A stretch of DNA of 55,152 nt, taken from positions 1 through 55,152 of the forward strand of contig JBMCUO010000002.1 in NCBI GenBank assembly GCA_048622455.1, in the 5' to 3' direction. The notes beneath the pieces were generated by a model, which was not told the origin of the DNA, did no database searches, and worked only from the letters and a program-made list of their open reading frames with translations. The stretch's first letter is position 1. Each line of letters opens with the position of its first letter. The stretch comes from Candidatus Saliniplasma sp. Lineage in GTDB: Archaea > Thermoplasmatota > Thermoplasmata > Halarchaeoplasmatales > Halarchaeoplasmataceae. The position numbers and the translations under genes were made by a program. Of the stretch, positions 27,263 through 36,676 are shown in pieces.

Positions 27263-27994
27263 TTATTGTGTTTTTCCCTCACTACTTAAACGGTTTAATC
27301 TTTCAGATAAAAAATTTAAAACTTCAGATAGATTCTCTTCGTTGCTGAAATCCATTTCTAAAGGCTCCATCTCGATCATGTTCGGTACCGCTCTGATTAT
27401 GTTATCAACTATAGTGACATCTGAAACCTGTGAAGTACGTGAAAGAGGGTTCAGATCGATCGTTATCACTGTCTTTCCCATATCAAATAGAGCTTGAGCC
27501 CGGTCCCCGTCCTCTAAAGGCACTAAAACTACATCAGCGGAGTATATTCCTTCTTTTGCACATAGTGCCCGAGCATGGTCTAAGTTCGGTATCTTGGCAT
27601 CCGGATATAAACCTAAAACTTCTTCCGCACCGTTTTCTTTCAGTTTTTTTTCTATCTTTTCCATCCTTCTCTGGGTTCTGTGGAAAAGGTTCACTTCTAG
27701 TTTTGCATCCAATTTGTCGCTCAGTTCTACTATCGAATCCGGGACCAAGGCTGCCACGTTGCCGTTAACAGATATCACACAATTTTCAGCCTCTTTCATC
27801 AGTTTCACAGCATACCTTTCAGCTTTCTCGGCAATTTCGATAGTGTTCTCACCAATCAGATAATCGAAAGCTTCTCCTCGCCCGTGAGCGATCAGCCCTG
27901 CTTTTGAAGTGATACCCTCTTCAACACCTTCGACTAGCATCTCTCTCGTTTTCAGCGATAGATACCTCGGGTGCGATTTTGGCACATCTGTCAT
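27263..27994 (-). CDS. Archaeal phosphopantothenate synthetase (4-phosphopantoate:beta-alanine ligase, COG1701)
   Basis: LIAHGRGEAFDYLIGE motif and an approximately 243-aa length typical of the family. Confidence 0.6.
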   Translation of the reverse strand: MTDVPKSHPRYLSLKTREMLVEGVEEGITSKAGLIAHGRGEAFDYLIGENTIEIAEKAERYAVKLMKEAENCVISVNGNVAALVPDSIVELSDKLDAKLEVNLFHRTQRRMEKIEKKLKENGAEEVLGLYPDAKIPNLDHARALCAKEGIYSADVVLVPLEDGDRAQALFDMGKTVITIDLNPLSRTSQVSDVTIVDNIIRAVPNMIEMEPLEMDFSNEENLSEVLNFLSERLNRLSSEGKTQ

Positions 27995-28107
27995 GAATCC
28001 AACACCTCTTATACATTTTTCTGATAGACATTAAAGTATAAGAAATGTTTCGTAACCTTTATAAGAAAAACCTTTAAACGATAAAAACACTCCAGATATG
28101 TGATATT

Positions 28108-28374
28108 ATGGGAATAATATATTCTTTCCTTGCGATATGCGTGGCAGGTTTTTCACTTCTTCAAGCCACCGTAGGTCTGATTAGCTTCAAAAGAGTGGGT
28201 AAAAATAAATTGTTGTTTATCTCTACTGCATTCTTGGTATTCGGTATCAAAGGCATCTATGCACTTTTAGCCACGTTCACTTCGTTCGCTCCCTTCGATC
28301 CACCCGTTTTCAGCATGTTAGTTTTAGACATGGCCATCATATTCCTGTTATATCTTTCTATCTTAAAGGAGTGA
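28108..28374 (+). CDS. Small 3-TM membrane protein (module copy 1)
   Basis: 88 aa. Paralogous to 43934-44203: shared FxDPP/DPVDP loop, LxxDxxI and C-terminal SI(L)KE. Confidence 0.55.
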   Translation: MGIIYSFLAICVAGFSLLQATVGLISFKRVGKNKLLFISTAFLVFGIKGIYALLATFTSFAPFDPPVFSMLVLDMAIIFLLYLSILKE

Positions 28375-28383
28375 TACATTTTA

Positions 28384-28917
28384 ATGAATGATATGGCTGA
28401 GGCTCTAGAATTAGAGGTCCGGAGGGATATCTTTGATAAGATATCCAAATATCCCGGCACCTATCTGAGGGAGATCCAAAGTGACCTAGACCTTCCTATG
28501 GGACAAGTCGAGTATCATTTAAATTATTTAGAGGAAGAAGGGATCCTATCTAGTAAGATGGCAGATAACAAAAAAAGATATTTTGTAGATGAGGAAGTTG
28601 ATTATCCCGATAGAAGGATTATATCAGTTCTGAGACAGGGAATTCCAAGACTAGTACTCCTAAAATTATTGAATGAAGAAGAAGCGGGTTTCTCTGATAT
28701 ATTAGAGGATGTGGATATATCGAAATCAACACTTTCTTTTCATCTAAAGAAGTTAGTAGAAAATGGCTTAATAGATTCTAAGAAAGAAGGAAGGAGAAAA
28801 ATATTTTATTGTACTGATGAAAAAAAGATCGCTCAAGTCCTTATCACGTACAGATCTTCTTTCATAGATAAAGCGGTTGACAGGTTCGTAGATACATGGC
28901 TAGAGGTGAAAAAATGA
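28384..28917 (+). CDS. Tandem-wHTH ArsR-like regulator (module copy 1)
   Basis: Two wHTH units (YLREIQSDLDLPMGQVEYHLNYLEE; FSDILEDVDISKSTLSFHLKKLVENG). C-terminal DRFVDTWL is shared with 43421-43927. Confidence 0.7.
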   Translation: MNDMAEALELEVRRDIFDKISKYPGTYLREIQSDLDLPMGQVEYHLNYLEEEGILSSKMADNKKRYFVDEEVDYPDRRIISVLRQGIPRLVLLKLLNEEEAGFSDILEDVDISKSTLSFHLKKLVENGLIDSKKEGRRKIFYCTDEKKIAQVLITYRSSFIDKAVDRFVDTWLEVKK

Positions 28918-29561
28918 GTTATGAAAGAGATAGATCTAAGCTTGTTAAAAGGCTAAAGCGGCATGGGTATATCGAAAGCGAGGAGGTTGAACAAGCCATG
29001 AGTGAAGTGCCAAGGCACCTATTTGTGCCCGAAAATGTCCGATCTAGGGCCTATGTAGACAGTCCACAACCTATAGGTCAAGGTCAGACGATATCTGCAC
29101 CTCATATGGTCGCTATGATGGTCGAAAACCTAGATCTAAAAAAAGGGCAGAAAGTTTTAGAAGTGGGTGGTGGAAGAGGTTATCATGCTGCGGTGATAGC
29201 TGAGATAGTAGGTAAAGAAGGTAAAGTCGTCACCATGGAGTTATTAAAATCACTTGCAGATGAGGCAGAAAAAGTCTTGAAAGCGGCCGGGTATGAACAC
29301 GTAGATGTTGTTGCTGGTGACGGGTCCTCAGGATATCAAAAAGAAGCGCCTTACGATCGTATCTCAGTTGCTTGTGGAGCACCGGATATACCCCCTCCCT
29401 TACTCGATCAATTAAAGGTCGGGGGCAAAATGCTGATCCCTGTCGGTGGTAGTTTTTACCAAAACCTGGTACTCGCTGTTAAGACCGACAAAAATAAAGT
29501 AAAAAAGAAGGATTTGGGTGGTGTTCTGTTCGTACCTCTGAAAGGAGAGTACGGGTATTAA
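28914..29561 (+). CDS. pcm: Protein-L-isoaspartate O-methyltransferase
   Basis: GQTISAPHMVA and VLEVGGGRGYHAAV motifs. ATGA overlap with the upstream regulator gene. Confidence 0.85.
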   Translation: MSYERDRSKLVKRLKRHGYIESEEVEQAMSEVPRHLFVPENVRSRAYVDSPQPIGQGQTISAPHMVAMMVENLDLKKGQKVLEVGGGRGYHAAVIAEIVGKEGKVVTMELLKSLADEAEKVLKAAGYEHVDVVAGDGSSGYQKEAPYDRISVACGAPDIPPPLLDQLKVGGKMLIPVGGSFYQNLVLAVKTDKNKVKKKDLGGVLFVPLKGEYGY

Positions 29562-31073
29562 TCACATTATCGGTACTAAGTCGATATGAGGTACCTTTTC
29601 TCCACTGCTGACTATGGCATAAAGTCCCGTTTTTGGCTTTATTCCGTAGATACACGGTGTTTTATTTATACTATTTATGACGAAATAGTTATCAGCCATG
29701 TTCTTGATTTCACTAGCCACTTTTAAACCGTGTTTAACGAGTCCGATACCTAATTTATTGGATGCCTTGGTGTTCGCTACGGCTTCTAGTAGTTCTTTTA
29801 TAGCTATTTCATTCCCCATCAGATACTCCATAGTATCGAATCCAGTGTATTCCAATATGGGTCTGTTCTTGTCTCCCCTGATATCTTTCATGTGCTTGGT
29901 GTAAATCTTCCCTACTTCGTCTCGACTTTTTCCACCTAAAGCCATCATGTAAGGCTTGTCAGATTTCGGGGAGAAATAATCGACTATCCTAAATCGTTGA
30001 TTGAATTTTTCAGATTTTACGAAACGAACTATGTCGTCCCTTAGGTTTTCTGGATGAGTACCTCCAGAAAGTACTGCAAGTACGCCTCTATCCCTAGTTA
30101 AAAAGTTTAGGAAGATTGGTCTGATCACTGAAAAGTACTCCTCGTTGCTGACGTTTTCTTTAACTTCGAACACGTTGTATGTCCCTTTACCGAAACCTCC
30201 TCCTAATATCTCATCTAAGTCTTTTGTTCCAGTGCTGTACTTATCTTCCGTAGTTTCCAGAGGTTCCCATTCGAGTTCACCCGCTTCTGGTATGCGATAA
30301 GGTTCGAAACATTTAAATCTACCACCGCTGAGCGTCATTAGATACGATGGTTGTTCGATACCTACACCTCTTAACTTGATAAGATGTATCTCTCTAACAT
30401 TTCTTTTATCCAACTGGTATCTATTTAATTCTACGACACCATCGACCAAATATTCTAAATCTTTTGCATCCGACTTCTCCAAGACCATGATCAGATTGGT
30501 ATTGGAGTTCTCTGCTAGATCCTTTTGGAGAGTCATTATAAATTTCTCTTCGTCGATACCGTATTTGCTGGTTATCCCTTCAACGCTGTCGATGACAAGC
30601 ATAGGTCTTTCAGGTAATATCTGGTCTATTCTATCATATATCCTCACCAGGGCGGGTATCTTTTCATCTAGACTGTTCAAATAAGTCCTATCTACGTTTT
30701 CTGGAGGCCCCCCTTCTTCTATCTGATCTAAAAATTGCTTAGCAGATTCGATCTTCTTCTTTTCAGATTCTGGCAATTCATCATCTTCCTCCTCCTCCTC
30801 GGAATATATAGCTTCCAGGAACATCTTACTTGAATCAAGAACCCTGCTTTTCATCTCTTTCTCTTCCAGCCATGGGAATTGTTTGTAAAGACTCTGGTCG
30901 GAAACCCTGGTGGATAAGTAAAAGCTCTTGTCAGGGTGTCCCATCTCTTCGATCAACTGCAGTGCTAGAGTAGTTTTACCTGTACCTGCAGACCCTTTTA
31001 GGAAAAGGGATGACCCTCCTCCTTTGTTCAGAAATTCTATTATCTCTTTTGGGATGCCTTCTATATTTGTCAT
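29562..31073 (-). CDS. KaiC-like/RecA-superfamily ATPase, two lobes (second lobe degenerate)
   Basis: Lobe 1 has Walker A LKGSAGTGKTTLALQL and Walker B MLVIDSVEG. Lobe 2 has LGGGFGKGTYNVFEV without a GKT P-loop. Confidence 0.75.
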   Translation of the reverse strand: MTNIEGIPKEIIEFLNKGGGSSLFLKGSAGTGKTTLALQLIEEMGHPDKSFYLSTRVSDQSLYKQFPWLEEKEMKSRVLDSSKMFLEAIYSEEEEEDDELPESEKKKIESAKQFLDQIEEGGPPENVDRTYLNSLDEKIPALVRIYDRIDQILPERPMLVIDSVEGITSKYGIDEEKFIMTLQKDLAENSNTNLIMVLEKSDAKDLEYLVDGVVELNRYQLDKRNVREIHLIKLRGVGIEQPSYLMTLSGGRFKCFEPYRIPEAGELEWEPLETTEDKYSTGTKDLDEILGGGFGKGTYNVFEVKENVSNEEYFSVIRPIFLNFLTRDRGVLAVLSGGTHPENLRDDIVRFVKSEKFNQRFRIVDYFSPKSDKPYMMALGGKSRDEVGKIYTKHMKDIRGDKNRPILEYTGFDTMEYLMGNEIAIKELLEAVANTKASNKLGIGLVKHGLKVASEIKNMADNYFVINSINKTPCIYGIKPKTGLYAIVSSGEKVPHIDLVPIM

Positions 31074-31474
31074 GTTGTCACCTCGATTTTAGATGATGCT
31101 TCTCTAATCCTTTTCACTTCATTGTAGACTTCGTCCATGATCTTGATGAGTTTTTCTTCATCTTCGAGTCTACCCAACAAAGCTATCACTGAATCAGAAG
31201 TCGTTTCTCTAATTAATAATAACGAACCCTTAGATTTTATCAAAATATCTTCAGGTAGATCTTTTCCGAATGCTGAAAATATTACCTCTGAGGCTCCTAG
31301 TATAGTGGCAGAAAGAGTGCTAAAACTTTCCAGCTCCCTGTCATTTTCAAGTTTACTCGCGATAGGTATACCGGTTTTAGATGTCAAAGCTACCGCTTCG
31401 ATATCGTTTTCCTCTATCGACTTTTTAAACAGTTCTTCTAAATCTTTTTTCATTGACATAATTTCAAACTCCAT
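31070..31474 (-). CDS. Roadblock/LC7 (MglB-like) domain protein
   Basis: IEAVALTSKTGIPIAS ... SATILGASE ... pattern in an approximately 130-aa protein. Its stop overlaps the KaiC-like ATG. Confidence 0.65.
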   Translation of the reverse strand: MEFEIMSMKKDLEELFKKSIEENDIEAVALTSKTGIPIASKLENDRELESFSTLSATILGASEVIFSAFGKDLPEDILIKSKGSLLLIRETTSDSVIALLGRLEDEEKLIKIMDEVYNEVKRIREASSKIEVTT

Positions 31475-31559
31475 GAATATTTGAAAGAATCATTTACCTT
31501 ACTAATGTATTTAACCTATATTAATTTTTCATAATTTCCATCTACAAATAATCCTATAT

Positions 31560-31784
31560 TCAAAGTTGATCCAAAAAATCGATGCTCTTTCTGCCCTGCA
31601 TCTTCTTTTTCATATCTGATACTAGTGACTCGTAGTAACTCCGGTGAGTTTTTACAGTTCCCAATTCTTTCTTCAATTTTCTCTCCTCTTCTTCAAGTTC
31701 GTCTATCTTTTGCTTGATCTCCTGGTACTCTCCTTTAAGGCTTTTTAAAGCATTATGAAGGTCTTCCACACTTGCCTCATCCAT
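31560..31784 (-). CDS. Small coiled-coil protein
   Basis: 74 aa, heptad-rich (LKGEYQEIKQKIDELEEEERKLKKEL). Confidence 0.4.
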   Translation of the reverse strand: MDEASVEDLHNALKSLKGEYQEIKQKIDELEEEERKLKKELGTVKTHRSYYESLVSDMKKKMQGRKSIDFLDQL

Positions 31785-31790
31785 CAGATA

Positions 31791-32009
31791 TCACCTAAGG
31801 ATATGTTCATCGAACCTATCAATGATTCTCGTTTTATCTACTTCTCCACGTTTTACCGCTCTGAGAGCGTCTTCGATCTGTGCTATGTTTTCCTTGAGCC
31901 TTTTAGCCTTATCCGTTAATCTTTTCTTTTTTTTCTTGATTTCATCGAGTTTTTCAGTTATTTCATTCTCCCTTTTTCTCCATTTTTCTCGCTCTTCGAG
32001 AGCCATCAA
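31791..32009 (-). CDS. Small coiled-coil protein
   Basis: 72 aa, heptad-rich (ITEKLDEIKKKKKRLTDKAKRLKENIAQIEDAL). 6 nt upstream of the next small ORF. Confidence 0.4.
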   Translation of the reverse strand: MMALEEREKWRKRENEITEKLDEIKKKKKRLTDKAKRLKENIAQIEDALRAVKRGEVDKTRIIDRFDEHILR

Positions 32010-32054
32010 GGTTTTTGAAGTGCTAGTCAGAGTTTTTGCCCCCTATAGGTATTC

Positions 32055-32630
32055 TTATCTTTCTTTTAATTTTATCTTGCCATAAGCTGAAGAAATTTTA
32101 CGTTTTTCGTAATGGTCACAGTTTTCGCAGTATAATTTTCCCCGTTTTAAATCTAAATCTTTTCTACAATTTGTACAAAATCCCTTCACAATACCCAAAT
32201 CTTTTGATTGACTGTTTAGTTGGATAGATGGTTCTACTTGTATGACTTCGGCTCTAACGATATCTCCTTTTTTAAAGGCGGTATCAACACTTTCTATGTA
32301 ATCACTAGATATCTTTGATACATGCAGGGACCCTTCTAGGTCTGTGGATATCCCTCTAGGTTCTCCTTCGACTAGATTGATGGACATAGAAGCTATAGAA
32401 CCCCGGTTGTTTTTTATCTTTCCATAGACTATGTCTCCTTTCTTGACTTCTGACACTGGATTCACCGCTATAACGTTCGCAACGAGGTCTTCTTCATCAT
32501 ATTCTACTTTCCCGAATATAGATGAATAAACAAAGCCGTTCTCTTCATACGTTCCTTTTCCCGGTAACCACTCTTCACTCGCCCCTAGCTTATCCCCTGG
32601 AGCTACAAGATCATCTTCTGTTTTTTCCAT
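32055..32630 (-). CDS. csl4: Exosome complex RNA-binding subunit Csl4
   Basis: N-terminal domain, S1 domain (GDIVYGKI...) and C-terminal Zn ribbon CTNC...CENC. Confidence 0.8.
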   Translation of the reverse strand: MEKTEDDLVAPGDKLGASEEWLPGKGTYEENGFVYSSIFGKVEYDEEDLVANVIAVNPVSEVKKGDIVYGKIKNNRGSIASMSINLVEGEPRGISTDLEGSLHVSKISSDYIESVDTAFKKGDIVRAEVIQVEPSIQLNSQSKDLGIVKGFCTNCRKDLDLKRGKLYCENCDHYEKRKISSAYGKIKLKER

Positions 32631-32645
32631 TTTATTACCTCTTAA

Positions 32646-33281
32646 TCATTTAATAACATCCGTTCTTTTTAATTTTTTCACAGCGAATAATATTACATTT
32701 ATATTCTTGGATACGTTTGTATGAAAGTCAAAAATCTTATCTATTTCAAACATATATCTTTTTTCCCAAAAGATATGGAAACCTCTCTTTTTTATATAAT
32801 CTCTAATATAATCCTCCGTTTTTTGATTGTGTACGCTGTAGGTCTTATAAGCATTTTTTAAAGCTTGGTTTAGAAAGGGTATGTCTGCGCCCTTTTTCTG
32901 TGAACCGAAGGGAGGATTCATCAACACGGTATCACCCTTTTCATCAAATTCCGCTATATCCATAACCTTAAAATCTATTTTATCCTTAACATCCCACCTT
33001 TTTGCCAGATCTTTAGCAATTTCGATAGCTTCTTTATCTACATCTACCCCCACCACTTCCTCAGCACCTAATAATGCAGCACCTAAAGAAAAGATACCCG
33101 TTCCACATCCAAAATCGATGACCTTTTTACCCAGTATATCTCTGTTCAGATATGCACTGTACAAAATATCCGTCGCCATGTTGGACGGCGTTGAGTACTG
33201 TTCCAATTCAGGTTTTGGATCAGGGTGAGGTGGGATCTTATCTAGTTTTATCTCAAGATGTTTTTTCTTTATACCCGTCAT
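32646..33281 (-). CDS. SAM-dependent methyltransferase with NPPFG motif (COG2263/METTL5-like)
   Basis: VIDFGCGTGIFSLGAALLGA, GVDVD and MNPPFG motifs. Confidence 0.75.
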   Translation of the reverse strand: MTGIKKKHLEIKLDKIPPHPDPKPELEQYSTPSNMATDILYSAYLNRDILGKKVIDFGCGTGIFSLGAALLGAEEVVGVDVDKEAIEIAKDLAKRWDVKDKIDFKVMDIAEFDEKGDTVLMNPPFGSQKKGADIPFLNQALKNAYKTYSVHNQKTEDYIRDYIKKRGFHIFWEKRYMFEIDKIFDFHTNVSKNINVILFAVKKLKRTDVIK

Positions 33282-33655
33282 TTCTTATCTCGTTTCCACA
33301 CATCATCTGATACTTCATCGTAAATAGACTTTTCTTCTTCGACTTCTTCTTCATCTTCTCTAGATAAGATATCCCTGATCTTATCTTCCTTGATCTTCCA
33401 ATAATGTATCCTCCATCTTTTTCCACTGGGGAGGTAAGCAGTTTCCTCTTCCGTAGTCAAGATATCATAATCTTCAAGCATATAAAATAGGTCTCTTTCT
33501 CCAGAAGATAATAGATTGTCCGTGATAGATTTATCATAACCAAATAGATTCATAACTTTCTCGGATATTTCTTCCGCTTCTTCACGATCGATATCTCTTT
33601 CCTCTAGAACCTTGGCTACAGCATTTTTGAACTCCTCAATCCTTACTCTAGACAA
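33278..33655 (-). CDS. Acidic hypothetical protein
   Basis: 125 aa. ATGA-coupled to the methyltransferase gene. No recognised motif. Confidence 0.45.
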   Translation of the reverse strand: MSRVRIEEFKNAVAKVLEERDIDREEAEEISEKVMNLFGYDKSITDNLLSSGERDLFYMLEDYDILTTEEETAYLPSGKRWRIHYWKIKEDKIRDILSREDEEEVEEEKSIYDEVSDDVWKRDKK

Positions 33656-33724
33656 TTAAATACCTCGGCTGAGTTAGAATATTTTTATTACGTATAAAAT
33701 TATCCCTATGAACGATTTATCTAA

Positions 33725-34681
33725 TCAAGTCTCTATCGTGATACCTATCTCTTCTGCAATCTCTTTGTATCTATTCCGGATGGTAACTTCTGTAACACCG
33801 GCAACCTCAGCAATAGCCCTTTGTGTTCTCGGTTCCCCCTCTAAGATAGATGATATATATATGGAAGCTGCGGCTATACCAGTAGGTCCTTTACCTGAGG
33901 TCAATCCGAGTTCGTTAGCTTTCTCTATTATCTCCTCCCCTTTATTGATCACGTTCCTACCCAAACCCAATTTACTGCAGAATCTTTTGATGTAATTTTC
34001 TGGTCTAGTAGGCAGCAATTTCAACTGCAGTTCTCTGGAAAGAAATCTGTATGCTCTACCTATCTGCTTTTCATCGGCCTGGGCTACATCGGAGATCTCC
34101 GTCAGGGTTCGTGGGACATCACATTTTCTACAGCCCGCGTATAGAGAAGATGCGATCACGGTTTCGATACTCCTACCCCTGATCAAATTCTTTTCCACTG
34201 CTTTCCTATATATCATAGCTGCAGTTTCTCGAATACTTCTTGGCAGTCCCATTTTGGAAGATAATCTATCTAATTCTCTTAAGGCAGTAGCTAGATTTCT
34301 TTCAGTAGCATTCGAAACCCTTATCCTCCTGTGCCATTTTCTCACTCTGTATATCTGCCCTCTATTTTTATGGGGTATGGTTCTACCGTAAGCATCTTTA
34401 TTTTTCCATGATATCGATGTGGAAAGCCCTTTATCATGACTTAAATAATTCATTGGAGCTCCGGTCCTAGCTCTTTTCTCTTTCTGTTTAGAGTCAAAAG
34501 CCCTCCATTCCGGTCCATCATCGATATATTCATCATCTAAGACTAAACCACAATTTTCACACAACAACTCCCCCCGATGGTAGTCTTTTGATATGTGTTC
34601 GCTCGAACATTCGGGACAGTGCTGTATCTTTTCGATCTTTTTTTGTGATTCATTTTCCATTTTAACATACCCATCTTTCAT
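33725..34681 (-). CDS. tfb: Transcription initiation factor TFB (TFIIB)
   Basis: Zn ribbon CPECSS...CENCG, B-reader and two cyclin repeats. The start may be Met at 34660. Confidence 0.9.
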   Translation of the reverse strand: MKDGYVKMENESQKKIEKIQHCPECSSEHISKDYHRGELLCENCGLVLDDEYIDDGPEWRAFDSKQKEKRARTGAPMNYLSHDKGLSTSISWKNKDAYGRTIPHKNRGQIYRVRKWHRRIRVSNATERNLATALRELDRLSSKMGLPRSIRETAAMIYRKAVEKNLIRGRSIETVIASSLYAGCRKCDVPRTLTEISDVAQADEKQIGRAYRFLSRELQLKLLPTRPENYIKRFCSKLGLGRNVINKGEEIIEKANELGLTSGKGPTGIAAASIYISSILEGEPRTQRAIAEVAGVTEVTIRNRYKEIAEEIGITIET

Positions 34682-34748
34682 TCTAATTTTTCTGTCATTT
34701 ATATAAAGGTTCCCCCTTAGTCAATAGGATATTGAACTATTATTCTAC

Positions 34749-35372
34749 TCATTTAAAGTAAATAGGTGTGTCGACCATATCGATGAGTTTCTGCGCCCAA
34801 ACCAGTTTCTTTTTTTTGATCTTTTTATTTCTAAATTTTGAAGCTGGATTTTCGAAATCCCATCCGTTCAACACGATCTTTTTTGCATCAAAATGGTCAG
34901 CTAAAAACACACATCTATCTCCATCTGTAAAACCACCAAAATTATAAACACCTTCTGGAGGACGGCACTGGCAGGTTGATATCACCTGACCCGTGAATTT
35001 AGGACTCCATTTTTTGATCAGACCTATATTATCACCATGGGCATGTATCAAAGCAGGCAAACCCTCTAAATTTTTCTTCAACTGATATTCGGTATTCCCA
35101 TCTAGGTCCGTGACCAAAAAAGAATTTTCGACATCGATATCTTCTAATTTTGATATCGAGGCACCTGCTATCATTGTTACTTTTTCATCAGATCCTTCAG
35201 CTAATGGACCCAAAACCTCTACCGTATAACCACTTATTATTTTTAAGACCTCTAATCCATCCGAACCCCTAAGTTCTCCTAACAGTCTAGCGGACTCCAA
35301 ATCTTTTTCCTTCGAGTAACCAAAATCCTTGATTATCTCTTCATAAATCGGTTTCCATTCTTCGTAATCCAT
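34749..35372 (-). CDS. MptE-like 6-hydroxymethyl-7,8-dihydropterin pyrophosphokinase (DUF115)
   Basis: LIHAHGDNIG motif and an approximately 207-aa length. Confidence 0.55.
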   Translation of the reverse strand: MDYEEWKPIYEEIIKDFGYSKEKDLESARLLGELRGSDGLEVLKIISGYTVEVLGPLAEGSDEKVTMIAGASISKLEDIDVENSFLVTDLDGNTEYQLKKNLEGLPALIHAHGDNIGLIKKWSPKFTGQVISTCQCRPPEGVYNFGGFTDGDRCVFLADHFDAKKIVLNGWDFENPASKFRNKKIKKKKLVWAQKLIDMVDTPIYFK

Positions 35373-35392
35373 GGCAATACCTTGATTATATA

Positions 35393-36526
35393 TTAACTTT
35401 TATTTTCTTTTTTATCATCCGTTTCTGTCTTTTCGAAGCTGGTGTGCGTGATCCCTCCCAATACCCCTATCAATAATCCTAAGGTTATGTTTATAGCAAC
35501 CATGGGTAAGATATTAGATGCTTCCATACCCACCATGACCCTTATGTAACCGAAAGCACCCCAGAATATGAACGTGAGTGCTAAGAGTGAGAACAAAATC
35601 GCCCAGAATGATTTTTTGATTTTACCCTGCTTAAGATAGATATCGATAACCTGCCCGAGTTCGTGCAGTAAGATTGCACCTATCCACCACCATATCACAG
35701 TACTAGCAAATGTGAGAAAGGCGATAAATAGCGAAGGCTCGTCCAATTCTAATATAGCACTCCATCCTAACTGAGTACTTCCTAGAACTAGCAGGATCGC
35801 TACTATAGTAAAAGGTAACCATACTGCTGCAGTGCTGATGGCCCTTTTCAGATCGAAATATGCCTGTAATGCCTTCCTATCAAGTTCGAATATCCTACCT
35901 ATGATATATAAACCTAGAACGAAAGATATCAAACCCACACCGAATGAAGAAAATCCTTCTACCGCCCCCCATCCTCTATAGTATATATCCCCGAGTAGTG
36001 ATAAGACCGTGAAGAAACCATATACCAGGAGAGCTAGAGAGATTGGGAATAAAACTTTTCTTTTTGTTTTCTCTTCCTGTAGGCTTTTCACAACCATGTA
36101 GTAAAAATTCTCAACACTTTTTATCTGTTTAACGTGGACATTTTTGACATGTGATATATCCACTTTTGAGGTGATGATCGGCGTTATGTACTCATCCTCA
36201 GCCCCATCGGAGATAAGAATGGCGGTATCGGGTTTTACTGTTTCCAGTACTTGATCGACTTCCCTGGCAAGTACTTCATCGGACCTCCATCCGATCTGAG
36301 GGGACCCAGTAACCGCTGCGATCTCAACATCTTCGCCCTCTTTCTTCAATTCATCGTAGGTCGATATGGCAGAGAACAAAGAATTGGTGTCTGAATCTTC
36401 GGGATCCTTTAGGCCCAGCTGTACAGCTGCGTTGAGCATTTCCTTCCTTCCGATAAGCGGTGTGTTTAGGCCCGTTTTGGCGCCTATATCATCATCCCTG
36501 TCTATACAGAGGATAAGTTTCCTCAT
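35393..36526 (-). CDS. DUF373-family membrane protein
   Basis: Soluble N-terminal domain (ILCIDRDDDIG...) followed by about 6 TM helices. Confidence 0.55.
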   Translation of the reverse strand: MRKLILCIDRDDDIGAKTGLNTPLIGRKEMLNAAVQLGLKDPEDSDTNSLFSAISTYDELKKEGEDVEIAAVTGSPQIGWRSDEVLAREVDQVLETVKPDTAILISDGAEDEYITPIITSKVDISHVKNVHVKQIKSVENFYYMVVKSLQEEKTKRKVLFPISLALLVYGFFTVLSLLGDIYYRGWGAVEGFSSFGVGLISFVLGLYIIGRIFELDRKALQAYFDLKRAISTAAVWLPFTIVAILLVLGSTQLGWSAILELDEPSLFIAFLTFASTVIWWWIGAILLHELGQVIDIYLKQGKIKKSFWAILFSLLALTFIFWGAFGYIRVMVGMEASNILPMVAINITLGLLIGVLGGITHTSFEKTETDDKKENKS

Positions 36527-36676
36527 CTGATTTACTCCTTCGTTTCGACCTAAATCCGTGATTCGGGTTGTGAATCCCTAACAAATTATTTAATTTTTTC
36601 CTGAATGGTTTAAACCGCGTATTAGAAAAGCGAATCATTTTTAACATAAGAATGATATGTTACAGGTGATAACGAT

